Shown here piece after piece: positions 43,246-56,176 of a stretch of 64,000 nt of DNA. Numbering within the stretch: position 1 is the stretch's first letter; every line of letters begins with the position of its first letter. Under the pieces are notes generated by a model. It made no database searches and had not been told where the DNA came from. It was given only the letters and a program-made list of their open reading frames with translations. This DNA is from Candidatus Dasytiphilus stammeri (lineage in GTDB: Bacteria; Pseudomonadota; Gammaproteobacteria; Enterobacterales; Enterobacteriaceae), in contig CP145881.1 in NCBI GenBank assembly GCA_045690005.1, positions 495,036 to 559,035 of the forward strand, written 5' to 3'. The position numbers and the translations under genes are program-made.

Positions 43246-44515
43246 TTTGTCCTTTGCCCAAAATTTTAACGTAACTCGTATTCCTTAACTGCTGCTGTTC
43301 TTTCATCGCTAATTTGGCTGCTTCAACAAATTTACGCATATATAAAATATGCAACGCTTGTTCTTGAAATATTAGATTAGTTTTATCTACTTTACGGAAT
43401 CCTAATAACTGAATTAAGTGCCATCCCATTGGAGATCTAACTGGTAAACTTATTTCATTATTTTTTAATTTTAATAATGTTGTACTTAATTTATAACCTA
43501 ATATATTGGGAGATTTCCAGCCTAAATCACCTCCTAATGGAGCTGAGAGAGTATCTTGTGAAAATTTTTTGGCAGCGCTCGAAAAAGCTATTTTTCCATT
43601 TTTTATTGTTTGTTTGATTTGTTTCATTATTTTGATGGCTTGTTTATCATTTATGCGATTAGATGGTTTTAATAAAATGTGTCGTATGTGTATGTTTGTA
43701 ATGAATAGAATTTTATTACTAATATCGTTAATTTTAAAAATATGAAAACCATTAGTAGATCTAATAGGACCAATAATATCTTGAATATTAAGATTTTTTA
43801 ATAAAATATTAGGAATATTTTTTATTTGACGCCCGCATAATTTTTGATTCTTAAATAGAATTATACTATTAATATTATTCAGTATATCAATATTTTTATA
43901 AATTTTCATTTTATCAATTATTTGAGTCGCCAGTAATCTTGCTTGATATTCTTGTTGGTTTGTGGGATATTTTGATAATGGAATCATTATATTGGTTAAG
44001 CTAATTTCGCTAAGATCATTATTTTTATTTTTCATTTGGTTTATTAAACTAGTAATTTCTAATGGTGTAATATTTACACTATTACGAATAATATTATTAT
44101 ATACTTCTTGAGTGATCAGCTCTTTACTAACAATTTCGCGATAATTATTTTCATTAGAGATAATTTGTTTATCAAATTGAGCTCGTGTCATTTTTCTATT
44201 GGCAGCTTTACTTTTAAGAATTAAGTTAATTTGTTCTTTACTAACTGATAAATGTTTCATTTTACCTAAACTGTATAAGATCTGATTATCAATCAGATCT
44301 TCAATAATCTGAGTACGTAAAGAGCTTTCAGAAAACGGTAATTTTTCCTTTTGATGATTATGTTTTATTAAATTGATACGATCCTCAATTTCACTTTGTA
44401 AGATGACATCGTCATTTACAATGGCAGCAATTTTATTAATTATTTTAATAGCTGCAATAGATGGAATACTGATCATAAAATTGATACTGATTATCAATAT
44501 CAGAAATTTTTTCAT
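43238..44515 (-). CDS. surA: periplasmic chaperone / peptidyl-prolyl isomerase SurA
   Basis: 425 aa with a signal peptide, [15 protein letters not shown]-terminal domain, two parvulin-like segments (..HIRHILLKP..., GGDLGW..P......) and the C-terminal tail. Upstream of pdxA as in E. coli. Confidence 0.88.
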   Translation of the reverse strand: MKKFLILIISINFMISIPSIAAIKIINKIAAIVNDDVILQSEIEDRINLIKHNHQKEKLPFSESSLRTQIIEDLIDNQILYSLGKMKHLSVSKEQINLILKSKAANRKMTRAQFDKQIISNENNYREIVSKELITQEVYNNIIRNSVNITPLEITSLINQMKNKNNDLSEISLTNIMIPLSKYPTNQQEYQARLLATQIIDKMKIYKNIDILNNINSIILFKNQKLCGRQIKNIPNILLKNLNIQDIIGPIRSTNGFHIFKINDISNKILFITNIHIRHILLKPSNRINDKQAIKIMKQIKQTIKNGKIAFSSAAKKFSQDTLSAPLGGDLGWKSPNILGYKLSTTLLKLKNNEISLPVRSPMGWHLIQLLGFRKVDKTNLIFQEQALHILYMRKFVEAAKLAMKEQQQLRNTSYVKILGKGQNE

Positions 44516-44806
44516 ACCTTAAATACCATCTTACTTAAAAAAAACCGGCTGGAGTTTATAATAGTCTACTCAATTACCTAACATATTATCAAATTATTCT
44601 AAACGTTAGTAATTAATGTATGATCATGATAACTCTCTGGATCATATGAGATTAGTAATCTTGTGGATTTTATTTGATATAATATTATTATAAGGTTACA
44701 TGTTAAGATAAATTTAATATATATACATATTCTGACTAATTTAAATTGAATGAAGATTTAAATGGACTGATCTTTCCAGTGTTAACCTGAATTGAGGTAC
44801 CTCTCA

Positions 44807-45619
44807 ATGGATTTTGTTGGAAAAACATTAGGATTATTTATAGGCCTTGCATCTGGAACGGGAATAGTTGGCGTGGTAGTTGGTCTATTTATAGGTCATA
44901 TCATTGATAAAACCCTAGACCTATCTGTAAATAGATACTTTAACTTTACTAACCAAAGTAGACTTCAAGAGCTCTTTTATCGTATAACTTTTCAGATTGT
45001 TGGTCATATTAGTAAATCTAAAGGAAGAGTCACTAAAATTGATATTAAAAATGCCTTAAATTTAATGGATCACATCAAGCTTTCAGTTGAGGAGAGAAAA
45101 TTAGCACAACAAGCCTTTATAGAAGGAAAGCATTTTCAATACCCATTGCGTCCTAAATTGCGTGAGTTACATCAAATTTGCTTTGATCGATTGGATTTAA
45201 TTAGAATGTTTATTGAGATTCAGATTAAAACCGCCTTATCTGATGGTTTATTACATCCTCAAGAACGTAAAATTTTGCAGATTCTTGCTGAAGAACTTGG
45301 AATTTCCTCAACACAATTTGAACAAGTTTTACAGATGATAGTAATAGACGATGTAAAATATTCTGCTGCACAGAACTATGAACGCTTTAAATCTGAAAAA
45401 ATTTCAGAATTAGATGAGGCTTGCAAAGTTTTAGGAGTAAAAATCAGTGATGATTATCTTACTATCAAACGTGCGTGGCGCCGAAAAATGAATGAATCTC
45501 ATCCTGATAAACTTTTAGCGAAAGGATTACCAACGAACCTGATAAAAATTGCCCAACAAAAAAGTCAGGAAATTCAAAAAGCTTGGGAACTTATCAAAAG
45601 AATCCGAGAATTTAAATGA
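44807..45619 (+). CDS. djlA: DnaJ-like inner-membrane co-chaperone DjlA
   Basis: ORF 44792..45619. ATG 44807 gives 270 aa (E. coli 271). GHISKSKGRVTKIDI, FDRLDLIRMFIEIQIKTALSDG.LHPQER and the C-terminal J-domain LGVK..DD..TIKRAWRRKMNESHPDKL.AKGLP are present. Confidence 0.9.
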   Translation: MDFVGKTLGLFIGLASGTGIVGVVVGLFIGHIIDKTLDLSVNRYFNFTNQSRLQELFYRITFQIVGHISKSKGRVTKIDIKNALNLMDHIKLSVEERKLAQQAFIEGKHFQYPLRPKLRELHQICFDRLDLIRMFIEIQIKTALSDGLLHPQERKILQILAEELGISSTQFEQVLQMIVIDDVKYSAAQNYERFKSEKISELDEACKVLGVKISDDYLTIKRAWRRKMNESHPDKLLAKGLPTNLIKIAQQKSQEIQKAWELIKRIREFK

Positions 45620-45900
45620 TTAGATTATTAATCTAAAGTAAGATTATACATTAGATTAATAGTTTAATAGCATATTAAATGAACTTCAATTCAAAACAAG
45701 TGCCAAAACTAAAATAAATCGGAATACTATAATCGATCTACTTCAACTTTATTTTCATTAATAAGAAATTGATCTAATATTAATTTTTGATATTTTACTT
45801 CTAGTAAGTAAGAAGATATCTCAGATTTAATGATGGATCGTTTTAACTTGATCATTAATTTGCTAAAGATTAATTAATTATAATGAAATTGATATTAGAT

Positions 45901-46842
45901 ATGTATAACCATACAAGCGTACTTGTTAATACAGCAGTTAAGGCTCTGAATATCAAAGATCATGGAATATATATTGATGGCACTTTTGGGTGTGGGGGAC
46001 ATTCGCATTTAATATTATCTAATTTATCGTCTCAAGGACAATTATATGCTATTGATCGTGATCCTATAGCTGTAGCCGCTGCTAGTAATATAAGAGATCC
46101 AAGATTCACTATTATTCATGGAGTTTTTTCTGGTTTAGTCAATTATATCTCACAGAGAGGATTAATAGGTCGTATTAATGGAATTTTATTAGATTTAGGA
46201 TTATCATCACCCCAAATTGATAATGCTGAGCGCGGTTTTTCTTTTATGCAAGATGGACCCCTAGATATGCGTATGGATCCGACTTGTGGCATCACAGCTA
46301 AAGAATGGTTATTAAAATCTCAAGTAAATGAGATTGCTCGGGTATTAAAAGAATACGGAAATGAACGTTTTGCCAAGCGCATTGCTCGGGCTATAGTTAA
46401 ACGTAACAGTACTAATAAACCTATAACACGGACTAAAGATCTGGTCTCAGTCATTAAGGCTGCGATACCATATCAAAAAAATCTTCATAAACATCCTGCA
46501 ACTCGCTGTTTTCAAGCAATACGTATCTTTATTAATAATGAGTTAAATGAGCTTGTTAAAGTATTACAAGGGACATTATTAACACTAGCTCCAGGAGGAA
46601 GATTAGTTGTGATTAGTTTTCATTCATTAGAAGATCGAATTGTAAAGCGTTTTATTAGGAAGTGTAGTAGCTACTTGAATGTTCCAAAAAGAATTCCATT
46701 AACTGTAACTGAAATAGAATGTTTAGATTCTACACCTTCTTTAAGAGCTATAGATAAAATCAAACCTACTCAACAAGAAGTTGCAATTAACCCACGTGCC
46801 CGCAGTGCAATTCTTCGGATTGCCGAAAAAAGGATTCAATAA
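45901..46842 (+). CDS. rsmH: 16S rRNA (cytosine1402-N4)-methyltransferase
   Basis: ORF 45883..46842. ATG 45901 gives 313 aa, as in E. coli RsmH (MYNHTSVL vs MMENYKHTTVL). [32 protein letters not shown] and [14 protein letters not shown] are present. Confidence 0.92.
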   Translation: MYNHTSVLVNTAVKALNIKDHGIYIDGTFGCGGHSHLILSNLSSQGQLYAIDRDPIAVAAASNIRDPRFTIIHGVFSGLVNYISQRGLIGRINGILLDLGLSSPQIDNAERGFSFMQDGPLDMRMDPTCGITAKEWLLKSQVNEIARVLKEYGNERFAKRIARAIVKRNSTNKPITRTKDLVSVIKAAIPYQKNLHKHPATRCFQAIRIFINNELNELVKVLQGTLLTLAPGGRLVVISFHSLEDRIVKRFIRKCSSYLNVPKRIPLTVTEIECLDSTPSLRAIDKIKPTQQEVAINPRARSAILRIAEKRIQ

Positions 46843-47101
46843 TCTTTCTTAATCTAAAATCATAAAGAATTTTAAGCCATTATTTATGGAACATAATATA
46901 CTATACTAAATAGTAATGATCGTTAGTTTAATAAGAGAATCGCCAAATTGTAAGAATTGCTTAAAGTTAGATAGTTTCTATTTTAATGTAATTCATTAGC
47001 TATTAACTAATACTATGAAGCTTGTATCTTATCAGGTATTACCTCATGCTGAAGTAAGTAACAATAACTAACTAAATTAGTAAAGCTAAAAAGGGGTTAA
47101 T

Positions 47102-48595
47102 TTGTATCGTAATTTACATGAGATATTGGCACCTTGGATTAATTATGCTCCTAATATTTTAATCCGAAAAATGACTCTGGATAGCAGATTAGCAAAAAGC
47201 GGAGATGTCTTCGTGGCTATTCAGGGAGATCATTTTGATGGCCGTTCTTTTATATCTCAAGCTATTGCTAATGGGGTTAATGCGGTAATTGCTGAAGCAA
47301 TCCCTTCTAAGAAGGGATTTATTTGTTATTTAAATAGCGTTCCAATCATTTATTTGGAAAATTTATCTCAGCGGCTATCGGAAATAGCGGGACGTTTTTA
47401 TGATCATCCAGGAAAAAAAATATGTTTGATTGGAGTAACTGGAACTAATGGTAAAACTACTACAACACAATTATTAGCACAGTGGATAAAATTGCTTGGT
47501 GAGAATAGTGCGGTTATAGGAACTTTAGGAAATGGCTTATATGGTAAACTAACTCCCCTAGATAATACCACTCCTTCAGCAGTTGATGTTCAACGATGGT
47601 TAGATTTGTTATGGAAAAAAGGTGCCAAAGTGGTAGCTCTAGAAATTTCATCGCATGGACTTGTACAACATCGTGTGGCAGCTCTACCGTTTGCAGCTAG
47701 TGTATTTACCAATTTAAGTCGCGATCATCTGGATTATCACCTTAATATGAAAAATTATCAAATGGCTAAATGGTCGCTGTTTTCTAAACATAGTACTGAA
47801 TTAGCTATCATTAATGCTGATGATTATATAGGAAGGGCTTGGTTAAAACGTTTACCAGAAGCTATAATAGTCACAATCAAGAAAAAGTATTGGTCATTAT
47901 GTTGTAATAGGCGCTATTGGTTAAAGGCACTAAGAATACGATACAATGAGGTTGGTACAAATATTTACTTTAGATCTTATTGGGGAGACGGAGAAATCAA
48001 TACTAGTTTGATAGGTGACTTTAATGTTAGTAATTTACTACTAGCGCTGACAACTCTTTTAGCCAAGGGATATAATATAGATAGCTTAATAGCAACTAGC
48101 AATAAATTGCAACCTATATGTGGTCGTATGGAAAGATTTAAGCTGGGTGGTCATGGAAAACCAACTGTTATTATAGATTATGCACATACTCCTGATGCAC
48201 TTAAAAAATCACTTCAAGCCGCAAGATTACACTGTCGCAGTAAGTTATGGTGCATTTTTGGTTGTGGGGGGGATCGTGATAAAGGAAAGCGCTCAATTAT
48301 GGGGAGAATTGCTGAAAAATTTTCTGATAAATTAATTATTACTAGTGATAATCCACGTAATGAAGATCCTCATGCTATTATTAAAGATATTTTAAGTGGA
48401 TTACAGGGTAATATAAATGTCAAGGTTATGCATGATCGTAGCATTGCAGTAACAGATACAATTATGAGAGCACAAGAAGATGATGTAATTTTAATAGCTG
48501 GCAAAGGACATGAAAATTATCAGGTAATAGGAAATCATCGTATTAATTTTTCTGATCGCAGAATAGTTACTCGTATGTTAGGAATAAAAGAATGA
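47102..48595 (+). CDS. murE: UDP-N-acetylmuramoyl-L-alanyl-D-glutamate--2,6-diaminopimelate ligase
   Basis: 497 aa from TTG 47102 (AAAGGGG upstream). (M)[11 protein letters not shown]......L..MTLDSR aligns with E. coli [31 protein letters not shown] and the DNPR motif are present. Confidence 0.94.
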   Translation: MYRNLHEILAPWINYAPNILIRKMTLDSRLAKSGDVFVAIQGDHFDGRSFISQAIANGVNAVIAEAIPSKKGFICYLNSVPIIYLENLSQRLSEIAGRFYDHPGKKICLIGVTGTNGKTTTTQLLAQWIKLLGENSAVIGTLGNGLYGKLTPLDNTTPSAVDVQRWLDLLWKKGAKVVALEISSHGLVQHRVAALPFAASVFTNLSRDHLDYHLNMKNYQMAKWSLFSKHSTELAIINADDYIGRAWLKRLPEAIIVTIKKKYWSLCCNRRYWLKALRIRYNEVGTNIYFRSYWGDGEINTSLIGDFNVSNLLLALTTLLAKGYNIDSLIATSNKLQPICGRMERFKLGGHGKPTVIIDYAHTPDALKKSLQAARLHCRSKLWCIFGCGGDRDKGKRSIMGRIAEKFSDKLIITSDNPRNEDPHAIIKDILSGLQGNINVKVMHDRSIAVTDTIMRAQEDDVILIAGKGHENYQVIGNHRINFSDRRIVTRMLGIKE

Positions 48596-49956
48596 TCCCT
48601 ATATCATTAATTAAATTAGCTAAAATTATTGATGGTGAACTAATTGGTAGTGATATTGAAATTTGTCAGGTGATTACTGATACGCGTCAAAGTACTGAGA
48701 AAGCTCTTTTTATTGCTTTGAGAGGAAACCATTTTGATGCCCATGATTTTGTAGAAGAAGCGGTAAATAATAATAAAATTATTGCAGTTATAGTAAGTCG
48801 TCTATTAGTTATTAAGGTACCCCAAATTCTTGTAAAAAATACGAGTATTGCTCTAGGAAAACTAGCTAAATGGCTTAGAAAACAGCTAACTCCTAAAGTT
48901 ATTGCATTAACCGGATCGTCTGGAAAAACTACTGTTAAAGATATGTTAACCGCTATTTTAAAACAGTGTGGTAAGACTCTATCTACAATTGGAAATATGA
49001 ATAATCATCTTGGTGTCCCATTAACGCTGTTACAATTAAATAAAGAATATATTTATACGGTAATTGAACTTGGTGCTAATCATCCTGGAGAAATTTATTA
49101 TGCGGTACAATTAATTAACCCTGAAGTTGTCTTAATTAATAATATTACACTATCACATCTCCATGGTTTTGGTTCAATTTTAGGAGTTGCAAAATCTAAA
49201 GGAGAAATTTTTACTGGTTTACTAGAAAATGGTATAGCTGTGATAAATGCTGATAGTCATTATTGGCAGTATTGGCGTCATTTATTAGGTAATCAATTAG
49301 TATGGCGATTTTCTATTACTCCTAGGCATGAAAGTAACTTTTTTGCTACTAATATTATTTTGAAGGTGACCAGTACACAATTTACTCTTAATACTCCAAA
49401 AGGGAGTATTGAAGTAGTATTACCATTACTAGGGAAGCATAATATTGCTAATGCATTAGCGGCGGCAAGTTTAGCTTCAGCTGTTGATATATCTCTGCAA
49501 TATATTAAGACGGGATTAGCTAACTTAAAAGCACTGCCGGGTCGTAGTTATCCTATACTATTAGATAAAAATAAATTATTAATTGATGATAGCTATAATG
49601 CTAATGTAGGCTCAATGAAGGCAGCAGTTTATACATTATCTAAAATGCCAGGTTATAGAATTATGGTAGTAGGCGATATAGCGGAATTAGGTGATCATTC
49701 AGTCAGATATCACCAGTTGATTGGTTTGATAGTACGTTTAGCTGAAATTGATAAAGTTATTAGTATAGGAATCATGAGTAAAAATATTAGTAATTTAACC
49801 CATGATGGTGAGCATTTTTATGATCAAGCAAAATTAATTCAACGTCTCCAAGTCTTAATGGAAAAATATAAAAAGGTTACTATCTTAATTAAAGGTTCCA
49901 GAATTGCGCAAATGGAAAATATTGTACATAGCTTACAGGAAAAATACTCCTGTTAA
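48592..49956 (+). CDS. murF: UDP-N-acetylmuramoyl-tripeptide--D-alanyl-D-alanine ligase
   Basis: 454 aa. Its ATG overlaps the murE stop (ATGA). TDTR....[23 protein letters not shown] and DDSYNAN are present. Confidence 0.93.
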   Translation: MIPISLIKLAKIIDGELIGSDIEICQVITDTRQSTEKALFIALRGNHFDAHDFVEEAVNNNKIIAVIVSRLLVIKVPQILVKNTSIALGKLAKWLRKQLTPKVIALTGSSGKTTVKDMLTAILKQCGKTLSTIGNMNNHLGVPLTLLQLNKEYIYTVIELGANHPGEIYYAVQLINPEVVLINNITLSHLHGFGSILGVAKSKGEIFTGLLENGIAVINADSHYWQYWRHLLGNQLVWRFSITPRHESNFFATNIILKVTSTQFTLNTPKGSIEVVLPLLGKHNIANALAAASLASAVDISLQYIKTGLANLKALPGRSYPILLDKNKLLIDDSYNANVGSMKAAVYTLSKMPGYRIMVVGDIAELGDHSVRYHQLIGLIVRLAEIDKVISIGIMSKNISNLTHDGEHFYDQAKLIQRLQVLMEKYKKVTILIKGSRIAQMENIVHSLQEKYSC

Positions 49957-50006
49957 GGTGGCTAATATTACCTTCCCATTTTTAGAATTATGGTAGATGT
50001 AGTAGT

Positions 50007-51047
50007 ATGGATGATATTTTTTCGGATCTCGTCTGGAGAGCGATTTTAAGCTTATTTACAGCATTATTTATTTCAATGTGGATTGGGTCATATTTAATTG
50101 TATGGTTAAATAAATTCAAGATAATTCAAATTATACGTAATTATGGACCACCATCTCACATTGGTAAGCAAGGCACACCTACTATGGGTGGAGTTATTAT
50201 TCTCGTAGCAATTAGTATTACAGTATTATTATGGACTAACCTCTTTAATCCCTATATTTGGTGTGTATTATTAGTTTTAATAGGTTACGGTATTATTGGA
50301 TTCATTGACGATTATAGAAAAGTTAAAAGCCAAAATACCCAAGGTTTAATTGCTTTTTGGAAATATTTCTGGCAATCAATAATAGCATTATTAATTAGTC
50401 TTATCTTATATAAGATGGGTAAAAATACAGTTGCCACGCAACTTGTAATACCATTTTTTAAAGATTTAATCCCACAAAGGGAGATAATGTATTTAATATT
50501 GACTTATTTTGTAATTATAGGAACCAGCAATGCTGTAAATCTAACAGATGGTTTAGATGGATTAGTTATTATGCCAATTTTATTAGTTGCGGCTGGTCTA
50601 GCGTTCATTTCATGGTTAACGAGTAATGTTGATTTTGCTAGCGAACTACATATTCCTTATTTACCTTATGCTGGAGAACTAATGGTTTTTTGTACTGCCA
50701 TTATTGGTGCTAGCTTAGGGTTTTTATGGTTTAATACCTATCCTGCTCAAATTTTTATGGGAGATGTTGGATCTTTAGCCTTAGGTGGAATATTAGGAAC
50801 AATTGCTGTATTGTTAAGGGAAGAGTTACTATTATTATTAATGGGTGGTATATTTGTTATCGAGACACTATCGGTAATTTTACAAATAGGATCATTTAAA
50901 CTATGTGGTCAGAAAATTTTTCTCATGGCTCCTATTCATCACCATTATGAATTAAAAGGATGGCCTGAATCTAGAATTATAGTAAGATTCTGGATCATAT
51001 CAGCGATATTATTATTAATTAGTTTAGCAACCTTCAAGGTACGTTAG
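50007..51047 (+). CDS. mraY: phospho-N-acetylmuramoyl-pentapeptide transferase
   Basis: 346 aa, about 14 aa shorter at the N-terminus than E. coli. [52 protein letters not shown]...RFWII. Confidence 0.94.
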   Translation: MDDIFSDLVWRAILSLFTALFISMWIGSYLIVWLNKFKIIQIIRNYGPPSHIGKQGTPTMGGVIILVAISITVLLWTNLFNPYIWCVLLVLIGYGIIGFIDDYRKVKSQNTQGLIAFWKYFWQSIIALLISLILYKMGKNTVATQLVIPFFKDLIPQREIMYLILTYFVIIGTSNAVNLTDGLDGLVIMPILLVAAGLAFISWLTSNVDFASELHIPYLPYAGELMVFCTAIIGASLGFLWFNTYPAQIFMGDVGSLALGGILGTIAVLLREELLLLLMGGIFVIETLSVILQIGSFKLCGQKIFLMAPIHHHYELKGWPESRIIVRFWIISAILLLISLATFKVR

Positions 51048-52370
51048 ATGAATGACTATCGCAATAAAAATATTGTTATAATTGGACTAGGAATTACCGG
51101 AATGTCCTGTATTAATTTCTTTTTATCTCGTGGAGTAATTCCTAAAGTGATGGATACACGTCTTTATCCTCCAAAAAAAGAAAAACTTCCTAAGTTTATT
51201 GAGTGCTGTTTAGGTTATTTAAATAAAAAATGGTTACTGTATGCTGATATGATAATTGTTAGCCCTGGAATGTGTATGCATCCTTTATTAATTAAATACG
51301 TTAGAACTGGCATAGAGATAATTAGTGATATTGAATTATTTTGTCGTGAAGCATGTGCTCCAATTATTGCTATAACTGGTACCAATGGTAAAAGTACAGT
51401 ATCAGTTTTGATTGGCGAGATGGCACGATCTTGCGGTTTGGTCACTGGTGTTGGTGGTAATATTGGACTACCAGCTCTAAATTTATTACAACAATCTTAC
51501 CAATTATATGTTTTAGAACTTTCGAGTTTTCAACTCGAAGCTACTTATAGTCTACATACAAGAGCAGCTACCATCTTGAATCTTAGTGAAGATCATAGAG
51601 ATTATTATTTTAATAAATTCTATCATTATAAAATGGCAAAATTACGTATTTACGACCATGCAGAAGTGTGTATATTCAATGCTGAGGAAAAACATACACA
51701 ACCAAACATGCTATCTTCTTACCAAAAATCTATAAGTTTTGGTATTCATAAAGGAGATTATCATCTAAATTTTAATAATGGTAATATTTGGATGTTAGGA
51801 AATGGTGCTAAAATCTTAAATACTGCAGAAATTCAATTAATTGGACAACATAATTATATTAATGCACTAGCAGCGTTAGCGATGGCAGATGTAATTGGAT
51901 TATCTAAGGTGGGTAGTATTCAAGCATTAAAAAATTTTACTGGTTTACCTCATTGTTTTCAGTTAGTTTTGAAAAATAAAGGAATTTCTTGGGTTAATGA
52001 TTCGAAGGCTACTAATGTAGGCAGTACTATAGCAGCACTTAGAGTTAGTAAATTATTAGTACGCGGAACTATTCATTTGCTAATCGGCGGAAATAGTAAA
52101 TGTGCTGATTTAAAAAATCTATCATCTTATTTACAAGATGATCGATTGCAGCTTTATTGCTTTGGGCGTGATCGAAAAAAATTCGCAAAATTACGATCCA
52201 AACCTAGTATCCTAACAACCACAATGGTTGATGCAATGCCACATATTGCTAGTAAAGTCAAACCAGGTGATTTAGTTTTACTTTCTCCAGCATGTTCTAG
52301 TAAAGACCAATTTAATGATTTTGCTCATAGAGGGAAGATATTTACACAACTTGCTAAAATACTAGGATAA
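51048..52370 (+). CDS. murD: UDP-N-acetylmuramoylalanine--D-glutamate ligase
   Basis: 440 aa, starting immediately after the mraY stop. IIGLGITG.SC..F and AITGTNGKSTV are present, in dcw order. Confidence 0.92.
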   Translation: MNDYRNKNIVIIGLGITGMSCINFFLSRGVIPKVMDTRLYPPKKEKLPKFIECCLGYLNKKWLLYADMIIVSPGMCMHPLLIKYVRTGIEIISDIELFCREACAPIIAITGTNGKSTVSVLIGEMARSCGLVTGVGGNIGLPALNLLQQSYQLYVLELSSFQLEATYSLHTRAATILNLSEDHRDYYFNKFYHYKMAKLRIYDHAEVCIFNAEEKHTQPNMLSSYQKSISFGIHKGDYHLNFNNGNIWMLGNGAKILNTAEIQLIGQHNYINALAALAMADVIGLSKVGSIQALKNFTGLPHCFQLVLKNKGISWVNDSKATNVGSTIAALRVSKLLVRGTIHLLIGGNSKCADLKNLSSYLQDDRLQLYCFGRDRKKFAKLRSKPSILTTTMVDAMPHIASKVKPGDLVLLSPACSSKDQFNDFAHRGKIFTQLAKILG

Positions 52371-52524
52371 AATAAATAGGTACTTTAATTAAAACTATGT
52401 CAGTAAATATGGTATTCGTATTCTTAAATTATTAGCTATTTTACTTTTTATAAAAAATACAGATATCGTACTATTATTTGATTAATAATAGCATAAGTAC
52501 AAACTTGTATGCGAGGTGTTATCA

Positions 52525-53595
52525 TTGATTCCGTCTAGGCGCTTAATAGTCATGGCTGGTGGAACCGGTGGCCATATTTTTCCAGGTATTGCAATTGCAC
52601 AATATCTTATGAGTCATGGTTGGAAGATTCTTTGGCTAGGAACCGCCGATCGTTTGGAAGCTACTTTAGTACCGCAACATGGTATTGAAATTGAATTTAT
52701 TAGGATACAAGGCTTACGTGGTAAGGGAATTAAGGCATTTTTGACCTTGTGTCCAAAATTTATCAGTGCAGTACGTAAAGCTTGTAAAATAATAAAATTA
52801 TGGCATCCTAATGTAGTACTGGGAATGGGAGGTTATGTTTCTGGTCCTGGCTGTTTAGCTGCTTGGATATATGGTATTCCAATAATTATACATGAACAAA
52901 ATGGTATTGCCGGGTTAACTAACCGCTGGATCGCCAAAATTGCTAAAATCACACTACAAGCATTTCCCGGAACCTTTAAGAATGCTGTAGTAGTAGGAAA
53001 TCCTATACGCGATAAATTACGTACCTTACCTCCTCCAGAAGTACGTTTTTCTTGCAGACAAACATTACCTCTTCGTATTCTCGTATTAGGTGGTAGTCAG
53101 GGATCACAAATTTTAAATTTTACTATACCCCAATTAGCAATTATTATGGGTAATAAAATTACAATCTGGCATCAAGTTGGTAAGCAAGCCTTAAATATTG
53201 TCATGAAATATTATCAACAAGTATATCATACTAAATATCGACTCAATGAATTTATAGAAGATATAGCATTAGCTTATAGTTGGGCTGATATAGTAATATG
53301 TCGTTCAGGTGCCATGACTGTTAGTGAAATTGCAGTAGTTGGATTACCTGCGATTTTTGTACCTTTTAAACATAATGATAGACAGCAATATTGGAATGCA
53401 TTACCTTTTGAAAAGATTGGTGCTGCTAAGATTTTAGAACAATCAAAATTTACCGCTCAAATGGTTGCAGAAATCTTGAAAAAATTGGATCGATCGACAT
53501 TATTAAGTATGGCTGTATCAGCACGTTCATTAGCTATTAGTGATGCTACCGAACGGATTGCCGCAATGATATGTAGATCTGCAACAACATGCTAG
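52525..53595 (+). CDS. murG: UDP-N-acetylglucosamine--N-acetylmuramyl-(pentapeptide) pyrophosphoryl-undecaprenol GlcNAc transferase
   Basis: ORF 52516..53595 (GTG). TTG 52525 has GAGGTG 6 nt upstream and aligns (M)[20 protein letters not shown] with E. coli [22 protein letters not shown]. Either start is possible. Confidence 0.9.
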   Translation: MIPSRRLIVMAGGTGGHIFPGIAIAQYLMSHGWKILWLGTADRLEATLVPQHGIEIEFIRIQGLRGKGIKAFLTLCPKFISAVRKACKIIKLWHPNVVLGMGGYVSGPGCLAAWIYGIPIIIHEQNGIAGLTNRWIAKIAKITLQAFPGTFKNAVVVGNPIRDKLRTLPPPEVRFSCRQTLPLRILVLGGSQGSQILNFTIPQLAIIMGNKITIWHQVGKQALNIVMKYYQQVYHTKYRLNEFIEDIALAYSWADIVICRSGAMTVSEIAVVGLPAIFVPFKHNDRQQYWNALPFEKIGAAKILEQSKFTAQMVAEILKKLDRSTLLSMAVSARSLAISDATERIAAMICRSATTC

Positions 53596-53647
53596 AATTA
53601 TTTTAGAAGATTAAAATCTTAATATAAAAAGCAGAGTTAAATAGTAA

Positions 53648-55096
53648 ATGAATCCTCTAAAATTAGCACCATATTATATAGTCCCTGGAAAAAATATCCA
53701 CTTTTTAGGTATTGGTGGAGCCGGAATGGGCGCACTAGCTTACTTATTAGCTAAGGAAGGCTATCAAATTAGTGGTTCAGATCTAATATCCAATTCGATG
53801 ACACAACATCTAATCTCTTTAGGAGTAAAAATATATTTTTACCATCATCCAGCTAATATTAAAAATGCTAGTGTAGTTATTTTATCCACAGCAATTGCTG
53901 ATGATAATCCCGAACTTTTAGCAGCTTACAAAACATGTATACCCGTAATTAGAAGGGCAGAAATGTTAGCAGAACTGATGCGGTTTCGTTACGGAATAGC
54001 AATCGCCGGAACACATGGTAAAACTACAACTACAGCTATGATTGTCAGTATCTATGATGAAGCGGGATTAGATCCAACATTTATTAATGGTGGATTAGTA
54101 AAAGCCGCTGGTACAAATGCTCGTATGGGTAAAAGTAAATATCTAATTTTAGAAGCTGATGAAAGTGATGCTTCTTTTCTACATTTACAACCTATGATAA
54201 TTATCATTACAAACATTCAGAAAGAACATCTAGATTACTATCAAGGTAATTTTGAAAATCTCAAAAAAACTTTTATTAATTTTTTACATAATTTACCTTT
54301 AAATGGTAGGGTAATAATATGTCTTGACGATTTAGTGATTCGTCAGATCATCCCTCATATAAAACGCCAAATTATAACATATGGTTTCAATGAAGAAGCT
54401 GATATATGTATTAAAAATTATGAACCACATGGAATAAAAGGACATTTTTCAATTGTTCGTAAATCAAGAGCAAATTTTTCGGTAATTTTAAATGCACCAG
54501 GTCGTCATAATGCGCTTAATGCGGCAGCAGCTATAGCATTAGCTACTAAAGAGGGTATTAACGACAAGATAATTTTTCATGCTCTAGAAAATTATCAGGG
54601 AACCACACATCGTTTTGATTTATTAGGTGAATTTGATTTAGAAAATGTTAATGGTACAATGGGTAAGACATTGTTAATAAATGATTATGGACATCATCCT
54701 AACGAAATTGAGGTAACTATCCAAGCGGTGAGAGCTAGTTGGCCAGAGAAAAGAATTATTATGATTTTTCAACCACATCGTTATACGCGTACACGTGATC
54801 TCTATAAAGATTTCGTTAAAGTGCTGTCTCAGGTAGATGTTCTATTACTATTAAAAGTCTATTCAGCAGGAGAACAAACTATACCTGGAATTAATAGTGA
54901 TGCATTATGTAGTACTATTAGGAAACAAGGAAAAATACATCCTCTATTAGTATGTAAAAATCATGATTTACCTAAGATACTTGCTCCATTATTAGCGGAT
55001 AATGATGTTATCCTCGTACAAGGAGCCGGAAATATTGGGGAAATTGCTCAGAAACTTGCCAAAATTAAGTTAAATCCAGAGATCAATAATGATTGA
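53648..55096 (+). CDS. murC: UDP-N-acetylmuramate--L-alanine ligase
   Basis: 482 aa, HF.GIGGAGM...A..L...[20 protein letters not shown] and DYGHHP.E are present. Confidence 0.94.
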   Translation: MNPLKLAPYYIVPGKNIHFLGIGGAGMGALAYLLAKEGYQISGSDLISNSMTQHLISLGVKIYFYHHPANIKNASVVILSTAIADDNPELLAAYKTCIPVIRRAEMLAELMRFRYGIAIAGTHGKTTTTAMIVSIYDEAGLDPTFINGGLVKAAGTNARMGKSKYLILEADESDASFLHLQPMIIIITNIQKEHLDYYQGNFENLKKTFINFLHNLPLNGRVIICLDDLVIRQIIPHIKRQIITYGFNEEADICIKNYEPHGIKGHFSIVRKSRANFSVILNAPGRHNALNAAAAIALATKEGINDKIIFHALENYQGTTHRFDLLGEFDLENVNGTMGKTLLINDYGHHPNEIEVTIQAVRASWPEKRIIMIFQPHRYTRTRDLYKDFVKVLSQVDVLLLLKVYSAGEQTIPGINSDALCSTIRKQGKIHPLLVCKNHDLPKILAPLLADNDVILVQGAGNIGEIAQKLAKIKLNPEINND

Positions 55097-56006
55097 TAAG
55101 GTAGCTGTATTACTAGGTGGAAATTCTGCGGAAAGAGAGATCTCTTTAAGATCGGGTTCAGCAATTTTAGTTGGTTTAAAAAATGCGGGTATTGATGCAT
55201 ATGCAATAGATGTAAAATATTTCTCAGTGATTAGTTTAAAACAAGAGGGATTCAATAAGGTTTTTATGGCACTTCATGGAAAAGGAGGAGAGGATGGTAT
55301 CATCCAAGGGGTGCTAGATTTTATGAAAATTCCTTACACAGGAAGTAGAGTTCTAGCTTCTGCTATTGCCATAGATAAATTGCGTACTAAATGGTTGTGG
55401 AAAGGTATGGGTTTACCAGTAGCTTCTTGGGTAACGGTAAAAAAAAATGATTGTAACCCATATTTGAGTAAAGCTATCATAAAACAGATAAGAGATTTAT
55501 CAATGCCAGTAATAGTTAAACCTAGCAAGGAGGGGTCCAGTATAGGAATAACTAAGGTTAATTATCTTAAAGAACTAGATGAAGCTTTAAATACCGCATT
55601 TTACTATGATGATACAGTATTGGTAGAAAAATGGTTAAGTGGTCCCGAATATACCGCAGTAATTTTAGGAGATAGTGTTTTTCCTATAATTAGGATTCAA
55701 TCTTCAGGAATTTTTTATGATTATCAAGCAAAATATTTATCTCAAGATACCCAATATTTATGTCCAAGTGGTTTATCAATAGTTCAAGAAGCTTATTTAA
55801 AAAAATTGGTATTAAAAGCATGGCGCGCTTTAGGTTGTAAAGGTTGTGGTCGTGTAGACACTATGCTAGATGATGATTCTTTCTATCTACTAGAAATAAA
55901 TACCTCTCCTGGTATGACTAGCAAAAGTATAGTTCCTATAGCAGCGCAATATGTTGGAATAAATTTTTCACAGTTAGTTAAGAGTATCTTAGATCTGGCT
56001 GATTAA
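55089..56006 (+). CDS. ddlB: D-alanine--D-alanine ligase
   Basis: 305 aa, overlapping the murC 3' end by 8 nt. [18 protein letters not shown] and EINTSPGMT are present. Confidence 0.93.
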   Translation: MIDKVAVLLGGNSAEREISLRSGSAILVGLKNAGIDAYAIDVKYFSVISLKQEGFNKVFMALHGKGGEDGIIQGVLDFMKIPYTGSRVLASAIAIDKLRTKWLWKGMGLPVASWVTVKKNDCNPYLSKAIIKQIRDLSMPVIVKPSKEGSSIGITKVNYLKELDEALNTAFYYDDTVLVEKWLSGPEYTAVILGDSVFPIIRIQSSGIFYDYQAKYLSQDTQYLCPSGLSIVQEAYLKKLVLKAWRALGCKGCGRVDTMLDDDSFYLLEINTSPGMTSKSIVPIAAQYVGINFSQLVKSILDLAD

Positions 56007-56176
56007 AAATATTGAGTTGAAGATTCTATTTATGGAATTTAACAGTTAAGGTATGGATAACATGATAATCAGATCAATACACTGATTTTCATTCATTTGA
56101 AAATTAGTGTAATACTAGGACATTTTAAACAATCTATTCTGTATCACCAGATAGATGTTAAATTTGGTTAGTTATT

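Noticed and set aside
46843-47101. Looked for ftsL/ftsI remnants in the rsmH-murE gap. Also looked for ftsW in 52371-52515, ftsQAZ/lpxC in 56007-56176, mraZ in 45620-45882 and secM in 56657-56829.
   Set aside because: All six frames are full of stops and I could not match any stretch to the corresponding E. coli proteins by eye. They are reported as absences, not as pseudogenes.
49958-50006. A possible frameshifted N-terminus of mraY: GTG 49958 opens [12 protein letters not shown] just after murF, ahead of the annotated ATG at 50007.
   Set aside because: The 12-residue peptide does not resemble the MraY N-terminus (MLVWLAEHLVKYY...). The ATG at 50007 still precedes the first transmembrane helix ([19 protein letters not shown]). 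Treated as a shorter but intact mraY.
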